NCBI GenBank assembly: GCA_946411895.1
Contig: CAMKFP010000001.1
Location: 1-59,434 of the forward strand
Source of the DNA: an uncultured Bacillales bacterium
GTDB taxonomy: Bacteria; Bacillota_I; Bacilli_A; RFN20; CAG-826
DNA: 59,434 nucleotides
Reading direction: 5' to 3'
Below are positions 54,180-59,434 of this stretch, piece after piece (position 1 is the first letter of the stretch; the number at the start of each line of letters is the position of its first letter). The notes beneath the pieces are model-generated. The model worked only from the letters and a program-made list of their open reading frames with translations, was not told the DNA's origin and did not search any database. The translations under genes and the position numbers were made by a program.

Positions 54180-54650
54180 ATGGAAATCAAAGAATTACAT
54201 CAACGTTTTAATGACGCTGGAAGAACATTAGGTTCTTGTGAATCCTTTACTGGTGGTTTATTCGCTTATTCCGTTAGTAAAGAACCAGGAGCTTCTCACT
54301 TCTTTAAAGGTGGCTTAGTGACCTATTCCACAGAAGAGAAGAATAGACTCCTTGGCATTCCTTATGATCTAGTGGATGAAAAGGGTGTCGTATCTCAAGA
54401 AGTCGCTCAAGAAATGGCATCACGCGCCAGATCCTTACTCAATGTTGACTACTGTGTCGCCTTTACTGGTAACGCCGGTCCAGAAGCTATGGAAGGTAAA
54501 CCAGTTGGTGAAGTCTATATCGCTGTTGCGGTTTATAAGGAAACATTCTGTTTTTCCTTCAATCTTGAAGGAAGCAGGGAAGAGATCCAAGCTAAAGCCG
54601 TTGAACTCGCCACTGAATTAGTCGCTGAACTTTTAGCGCAAAAGAAATAG
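54180..54650 (+). CDS. cinA: CinA C-terminal-domain protein (PncC-type nicotinamide-nucleotide amidohydrolase)
   Basis: SCESFTGGLFA and AFTGNAGP motifs. It sits upstream of recA. It lacks the N-terminal MoCF-type domain. Confidence 0.85.
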   Translation: MEIKELHQRFNDAGRTLGSCESFTGGLFAYSVSKEPGASHFFKGGLVTYSTEEKNRLLGIPYDLVDEKGVVSQEVAQEMASRARSLLNVDYCVAFTGNAGPEAMEGKPVGEVYIAVAVYKETFCFSFNLEGSREEIQAKAVELATELVAELLAQKK

Positions 54651-54722
54651 AATTTCACTTTTGAAAAATTTTTTGGGAAAAAATAGCAACTTTTACCGCA
54701 TATATTAGTAGAGGTACTTTTT

Positions 54723-55727
54723 ATGACAAAAGACAAAAATGAAAACTCAGTGAATCTTGAAGAGACACTGAAGCAAATCGAAAAGATGTTCGGTAAAGGT
54801 TCAGTAATGAAACTTGGCGAACGTCAAGCCGTTGATGTGGATGTTATCCCTTCCGGCTCTCTTCTACTTGATACCGCGCTTGGTGTTGGTGGTTATCCAA
54901 AAGGCCGTATCATTGAAATCTATGGACCAGAAAGCTCTGGCAAAACCACTTTAGCTCTCCACGCGATTGCGGAATGTCAAAAGCAAGGTGGCCGTGCCGC
55001 ATTTGTTGATGCTGAACACGCCATTGATCCAGTCTATGCGAAAAACTTAGGCGTTGATATTGATGAGCTCATCCTCTCTCAACCTGATAGTGGTGAACAA
55101 GCTTTAGAAATCGTTGAGATGCTCGCGAGCTCAGGCGCGATTAGTTTAATTATCGTCGACTCTGTCGCCGCTTTAGTGCCACAAGCCGAACTTGATGGTG
55201 AAATGAGTGAATCATCAGTTGGTATGCAAGCTAGGCTTATGTCTAAAGCGATGAGAAAACTCGCCGGTGTTCTCAATAAGAAAGAATGTGCAGTAATCTT
55301 CATTAACCAACTTAGAGAAAAAGTTGGCGTCATGTACGGCAATCCTGAAACCACATCTGGCGGTCGTGCACTTAAGTTCTACGCGACAATTAGAATTGAT
55401 ATTCGTCGTACCGAAGCTCTTAAGAGTGGCGCCGATATCTATGGCAATACTGTGAAAGTGAAGATTGTGAAAAACAAAGTTGCCGCTCCATTTAAGACTT
55501 GTGAACTTGATATTATCTATGGTCAAGGCATCTCAAGAACTGGCGAAATCTTAGATAAAGCCGTTGAACTCGGCCTCATTAGAAAGAGTGGCGCTTGGTA
55601 CGAATATAAGGGCAACAAGATTGCTCAAGGTAAAGAAGCTGCTAAAGACTACATCAAAGCTAATGAAGACGTCGAGCAAGAACTCCTCGAACAAATTAAA
55701 TCTGGTGTCGTTGAAGCAACTGACTAA
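54723..55727 (+). CDS. recA: Recombinase RecA
   Basis: GPESSGKTT Walker [10 protein letters not shown]-like [46 protein letters not shown]. Confidence 0.97.
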   Translation: MTKDKNENSVNLEETLKQIEKMFGKGSVMKLGERQAVDVDVIPSGSLLLDTALGVGGYPKGRIIEIYGPESSGKTTLALHAIAECQKQGGRAAFVDAEHAIDPVYAKNLGVDIDELILSQPDSGEQALEIVEMLASSGAISLIIVDSVAALVPQAELDGEMSESSVGMQARLMSKAMRKLAGVLNKKECAVIFINQLREKVGVMYGNPETTSGGRALKFYATIRIDIRRTEALKSGADIYGNTVKVKIVKNKVAAPFKTCELDIIYGQGISRTGEILDKAVELGLIRKSGAWYEYKGNKIAQGKEAAKDYIKANEDVEQELLEQIKSGVVEATD

Positions 55728-55735
55728 GATAGATA

Positions 55736-55763
55736 GATCCTCAGATTGAGGGTCTTTCTTTTT
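55736..55763 (+). terminator. Rho-independent terminator after recA
   Basis: GAUCCUCA-GAU-UGAGGGUC (one G-U pair) followed by UUUCUUUUU. Confidence 0.75.
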
Positions 55764-55939
55764 AAATAAAAAAAGACAAGACAATAAAAGGCAACTCACT
55801 TATAATAGATACGTACAAATCGTTGTACTTACCTATAGATTCTCTATTGAGAAATTGTTTTTCAGGCATTGCCTGTTATCATAAATTTAGAGCTTAGCCT
55901 TTTATCAAATAAAGGTGCTTTTAGGTAAATTGAATTATT

Positions 55940-55959
55940 TTGTCTATATATATAGACAA
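55940..55959. repeat. Perfect 20-bp palindrome TTGTCTATATATATAGACAA immediately 5' of the rny ribosome-binding site
   Basis: Read directly. It ends 3 nt before the AAAGGA RBS and 17 nt before the rny ATG. Confidence 0.6.
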
Positions 55960-55976
55960 TAGAAAGGACATAGATA

Positions 55977-57554
55977 ATGCACACAGTATTACTAGACGCT
56001 TTTACAAGCGTTGGGTTACCTATTATTTGTGCTATCCTCGGAATTTTAGTGGGAGCCGCCATTATTTTCTTCATCCCCTTATTCCGTAAGCAAAGAGCAA
56101 ATAATAGCGCCAAAAAAATTATTCGTGATGCCGAGATTAAGGCAGAACACATCACAAAGAACGCACAACTCGATGGCAAACAGGCCGTCATCGAAATGAA
56201 ACAAGAGGCCAACAAAGAGATTCAAGAAAGAAAACAAGAAGTTTCCGCGATGGAAAATAAACTCTCTCAAAGAGAGCAAACCATCGATAAGAGAGACGCT
56301 GCTTTAATTCAAAAAGAGAACTCTCTTGATGAAAAGAATGAAAACCTCAACCGTCGTTTAAAAGAAGTGGATAAGAAGGAAGCGGCTCTTCAAAGCAAGA
56401 TTGACTCCATTATTGAAGAACTTGAAAAAGTCGCGCAAATGTCCACTCAAGAAGCTAAGGATGAACTCTTCGCAAGAGTGGAATCCAAGATTTCTAAAGA
56501 AATCGCTGCTTACATCAAAAACAAAGAAGATGAAGCCAAAGAAACCGCCGATGAGAAAGCTAAAGAACTCCTTGGCTTAGCTTTATCAAGATATGCTCAA
56601 GATACAGTTACCGAAAGAACTGTCTCTGTCGTCGCTCTTCCTAACGATGAAATGAAAGGTCGTATCATTGGTAGAGAAGGTAGAAACATCCGTTCCTTAG
56701 AACAACTTTTAGGTGTTGATTTAATTATTGATGACACTCCAGAAGTCATTACCGTTTCTTCTTTTAATCCAATTAGAAGAGAAATCGCTAGAATGTCTTT
56801 AGAGGCCCTTATTAAAGACGGACGTATTCAACCAGGTAGAATCGAAGAGATCGTTGAACAATGTAAAAAAGAAGTCGAAAACACCATTCATAAGACTGGG
56901 CAAGATGTCGCCTTTAAACTTGGATTACCAAGAATTAACCGTGAACTTTTAGACTATGTGGGTCGTTTAAGATATCGTACTTCGTATGGACAAAACGCTT
57001 TAGACCACTCCATTGAAGTTGCTTATCTTTGTGGCATCATGGCCGCTGAACTCGGTTTAGATCAAAACCTCGCTAAGAGAGCTGGTCTTCTCCATGACAT
57101 TGGTAAAGCCGCTGACTTTGAAGTCGATGGTAGCCACGTCGAAATTGGTGTCCGCTTAGCTAAAAAATATGGCGAACCAGATGTCGTTGTGAACTCTATT
57201 GAGTCTCACCATGGTGATGTCGAACCTAAATACATCATCGCTAACTTAGTCCAAGCCGCTGATACATTAAGCGCTGCTAGACCAGGTGCGAGAAGTGAAA
57301 TCTTAGAAAACTACATCAAACGTATTGAACAACTCGAAGAGATTTGTAAATCTTATGATGGCGTTTATCAATGCTTTGCTATGCAATCCGGCCGTGAACT
57401 TAGAGTTATGGTTGTCCCAGAAAAAGTGGATGACATTGGTGCCTTTAAGCTCGCTAGAGAAATCAGAGAGCGCATTGAAAATGAGATGACCTACCCAGGT
57501 CAAATCAAAGTCTCCGTGATTAGAGAATATCGCGCAGTGGAGACCGCTAAATAG
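55977..57554 (+). CDS. rny: Ribonuclease Y
   Basis: N-terminal TM helix, coiled coil, KH domain ([15 protein letters not shown]), HD domain (LLHDIGKA...ESHHGD). Confidence 0.96.
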   Translation: MHTVLLDAFTSVGLPIICAILGILVGAAIIFFIPLFRKQRANNSAKKIIRDAEIKAEHITKNAQLDGKQAVIEMKQEANKEIQERKQEVSAMENKLSQREQTIDKRDAALIQKENSLDEKNENLNRRLKEVDKKEAALQSKIDSIIEELEKVAQMSTQEAKDELFARVESKISKEIAAYIKNKEDEAKETADEKAKELLGLALSRYAQDTVTERTVSVVALPNDEMKGRIIGREGRNIRSLEQLLGVDLIIDDTPEVITVSSFNPIRREIARMSLEALIKDGRIQPGRIEEIVEQCKKEVENTIHKTGQDVAFKLGLPRINRELLDYVGRLRYRTSYGQNALDHSIEVAYLCGIMAAELGLDQNLAKRAGLLHDIGKAADFEVDGSHVEIGVRLAKKYGEPDVVVNSIESHHGDVEPKYIIANLVQAADTLSAARPGARSEILENYIKRIEQLEEICKSYDGVYQCFAMQSGRELRVMVVPEKVDDIGAFKLAREIRERIENEMTYPGQIKVSVIREYRAVETAK

Positions 57555-57585
57555 ACGTTTCTATTTATAGAAAGAATTAATTAGT

Positions 57586-58383
57586 TTGAAAATATTATTT
57601 ATCGGCGATATCGTCGGAAGAATCGGTCGTAGAATCGTTAAGGAAAAACTCCCTTTCTTCGTAAAGAAATACGAGATTGATTTTGTTATTGCTAATGGGG
57701 AAAACGCCACACACGGCAAAGGTTTAATTCAAAAGCAATATGAAGAACTCGTTGATGCTGGTGTAGACTGTATTACCTTAGGTAATCACTATAAAAGCAA
57801 AAACGAAATCTATCGCTATATTGATCACGTAGATAGACTAGTTAGACCAGCTAATATCTTAGAGGCCTTCCCTGGTGAAGGAAGTATCTTATTTGATTTA
57901 GATGGCGTTAGTGTCCGTGTGACAAACTTACTTGGCTCTGCCTTTATGGATGTCGCCGTTAATAACGCCTACTATAAAATGCTCGACATCTTAGCAGATG
58001 AAGAACCTGCGACAATCAATATTATTGATTACCACGCTGAAGCAACCGGAGAAAAGATGGCTTTTGCTAGAGCATTCGACGGCAAAGTCAGCGCGATTAT
58101 CTGCACTCATACCCATGTCCAAACTAATGATGCAAGAATCTTACCAAAAGGTACTGCTTTTATTAGCGACGCTGGTATGTGTGGACTATATGACGGAGTT
58201 CTCGGATTTGATGTGGATTCCGTGATTAAGAAAACCTTATATGGAGAAGCGACTAAATTCACTCCTCCAGATGAAGGAAAAGGCATCTTCAATGCAGTTG
58301 TCATCGAAGTTGATGAACACACTGGAAAGGCCTTAAAAATATTCCCAATTAACTACATAGAAGAGGATAAAAATGAAGACTAA
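57586..58383 (+). CDS. ymdB: YmdB-family metallophosphoesterase (2',3'-cyclic-nucleotide phosphodiesterase)
   Basis: MKILFIGDIVGRIGR, ANGENATHGKG, LGNH. TTG start. rny-ymdB synteny. Confidence 0.9.
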   Translation: MKILFIGDIVGRIGRRIVKEKLPFFVKKYEIDFVIANGENATHGKGLIQKQYEELVDAGVDCITLGNHYKSKNEIYRYIDHVDRLVRPANILEAFPGEGSILFDLDGVSVRVTNLLGSAFMDVAVNNAYYKMLDILADEEPATINIIDYHAEATGEKMAFARAFDGKVSAIICTHTHVQTNDARILPKGTAFISDAGMCGLYDGVLGFDVDSVIKKTLYGEATKFTPPDEGKGIFNAVVIEVDEHTGKALKIFPINYIEEDKNED

Positions 58384-59030
58384 AGTTATTGCGCTTCCAG
58401 ATATGAAAAAAGCCAGCGATAGAAGACGCTTGCCAACCTCTTTTACTGTGGTCGATAAATCTCGTGTTGATGATCTACTTTCATTAAGCAAAGGCAAACG
58501 TTATTTGATTAAGACTTATGGCTGTCAAGCTAACGTAAGAGATGAAGAAACAATGCGAGGAATGCTTGAAAAAATTGGCTATATCTCCACTGAAAAGCCA
58601 GAAAATGCTGATTTAATTATCGTTAACACTTGTGCGGTTAGAGAAAACGCCGAAGACAAAGTGTATGGCGAAATTGGTAACTTAAAGTACTTAAGAAAGA
58701 AGAATAAAAACCTTATCTTAGGCTTATGTGGATGTATGGTGGAGCAACCTGAAATTCTCGATAAAGTTCTTCATATGTTTCCAGAAGTTAATCTCTTCTT
58801 TGGCACTCACGAAATAGGTCAACTTTATAATCTTCTTTATGAGGTTCAAACCTCTAATGAAAGAATCGTTTATATCGAATCAAAAGCAGGTGAAGTCGTT
58901 GAAGAATTCCCAGATGCGAGAAATAACAATTATAAGGCCTTTGTGAACATCATTTATGGCTGTGATAAGTTCTGTACGTACTGCATCGTTCCTTATACTA
59001 GAGGAAAAGAAAGAAGCCGTAAGTTTAATG
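58373..59030 (+). pseudogene. miaB: miaB (tRNA i6A37 methylthiotransferase), 5' portion only; reading frame is interrupted just after the radical-SAM Cys motif
   Basis: YLIKTYGCQANVRDEE (UPF0004 domain) through [21 protein letters not shown]. After about 59030 the translation ([15 protein letters not shown]...) is the antisense of other sequence and has no MiaB similarity. Confidence 0.8.
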
Positions 59031-59059
59031 AACGATGCAGTACGTACAGAACTTATCAC
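58962..59059. repeat. Perfect 29-bp inverted repeat (arms 58962-58990 and 59031-59059) with a 40-bp spacer at a gene-truncating junction
   Basis: GTGATAAGTTCTGTACGTACTGCATCGTT and its exact reverse complement AACGATGCAGTACGTACAGAACTTATCAC, read directly. Confidence 0.9.
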
Positions 59060-59345
59060 TGTCACGAACTGACATATGAGGATAGAGAGCGTAGTTCTGG
59101 AAAACCATTGCGATGTCTCTGTCCTTAGGGAGAACGTCGTTTACACAACGATCGTCGATATAAATTTCACCTTCTGAAATATCTTCAAGACCAGCGAGCA
59201 TACGAAGTGTTGTAGACTTACCGCATCCTGAAGGACCTACGAGGATAACGAATTCCTTATCTGCTACGTCAAGATTAAAATCTGATACAGCAACAACGCC
59301 GCCCTCATACTTTTTGTAAACGTGCTGGAAAGATAAACTTGCCAT
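59060..59345 (-). pseudogene. N-terminal ~95 codons of a MalK/MsmK/UgpC-type sugar ABC-transporter ATPase, truncated at the inverted-repeat junction
   Basis: [16 protein letters not shown]...[30 protein letters not shown]...[16 protein letters not shown], then the frame runs into the antisense miaB copy ([11 protein letters not shown]). GGAGG RBS before the ATG at 59345. Confidence 0.8.
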
Positions 59346-59434
59346 ATTCTTCAAACCTCCAAAATTGTGCCCATACATCTGGGCTTGATAACTACGAGAA
59401 TAGTATCAAAACGATATTTTCTTTACTATATGAC

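Noticed and set aside
54651-54722. Looked for a LexA/Cheo box (GAAC-N4-GTTC) upstream of recA.
   Set aside because: None is present in the 72-bp upstream region, so no SOS-operator call is made.
1036-58322. About 60 short ORFs of 60-153 aa in the supplied track that lie inside, or antisense to, the long recognisable genes. Examples are 1036-1335, 2145-2522, 6052-6315, 15195-15578, 16726-17094, 36386-36598, 38177-38638, 55215-55526 and 58107-58322.
   Set aside because: Each is fully nested in a longer ORF with clear family motifs. They lack RBS-like sequences at their starts and have low-complexity or hydrophobic nonsense translations. I treat them as frame-shadow ORFs.
1-59434. Possibility that the organism uses the Mycoplasma/Spiroplasma code (TGA = Trp), given its Mollicutes-like features.
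   Set aside because: Long ORFs are intact under the standard code, and TGA terminates genes at the expected protein ends (for example rnfE at 20470-20472, overlapping the rnfA ATG).
1-59434. CRISPR arrays, transposases, integrases, prophage or toxin-antitoxin/defence islands.
   Set aside because: No spaced direct-repeat array and no recognisable mobile-element or defence gene motifs were seen on either strand. Intergenic regions are short and explained by promoters, terminators, two riboswitches and two structured RNAs.

Overview
This is an AT-rich 59.4 kb chromosomal window, mostly core genome, from a low-GC Bacillota or Mollicutes-related bacterium (Acholeplasma- or Erysipelotrichia-like; this taxonomic call is inference only). 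It uses the standard genetic code: TGA terminates rnfE at 20470-20472.

Gene content in order:
- A TetR regulator fragment, a YcxB-like membrane protein and an esterase.
- A two-gene partner-switching-type module: a membrane SpoIIE phosphatase fused to an RsbW-like kinase, followed by a STAS domain fused to a kinase-like domain.
- A TPP riboswitch with an extended ThiT.
- A CrtO-like membrane protein and a GT8-acyltransferase fusion.
- Several lipobox lipoproteins, lgt, a CPBP protease and an LMW-PTP.
- tmRNA.
- rnfCDGEA, a 65-aa Cys-rich membrane protein and a minimal rnfB, followed by apbE, a NusG_II-domain protein and a Gx transporter.
- An acidic four-repeat lipoprotein.
- hypB, a 983-aa Fe-S flavoprotein and hypA.
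- pyk, two paralogous small membrane proteins, pepC, a HIT protein and two large lipoproteins (one PrsA-like).
- sufCDSUB running into mnmG-rsmG-parA.
- An FMN riboswitch with ribU, and a 59-aa ferredoxin that is missing from the ORF track.
- cmk-der (no rpsA between them) and hup.
- A short CCA-type nucleotidyltransferase, dnaD-nth, recU with a DEDD exonuclease, and gpsB-rnpB.
- pgsA-cinA-recA, rny-ymdB and a truncated miaB.

I saw no rRNA, tRNA, CRISPR array, integrase, transposase or phage genes.

The leads most worth following are:
1. The hypB / Fe-S flavoprotein / hypA operon, which has no hydrogenase context in this window.
2. The fused partner-switching pair, which has no sigma factor nearby.
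3. The Rnf locus, with its extra Cys-rich micro-protein, ferredoxin-domain-less RnfB and appended ApbE/NusG_II/Gx trio.
4. The 29-bp perfect inverted repeat at 58962-59059, which truncates both miaB and an ABC ATPase gene and is either a rearrangement or an assembly chimera.

All homology calls come from motif recognition by eye. No searches were run.
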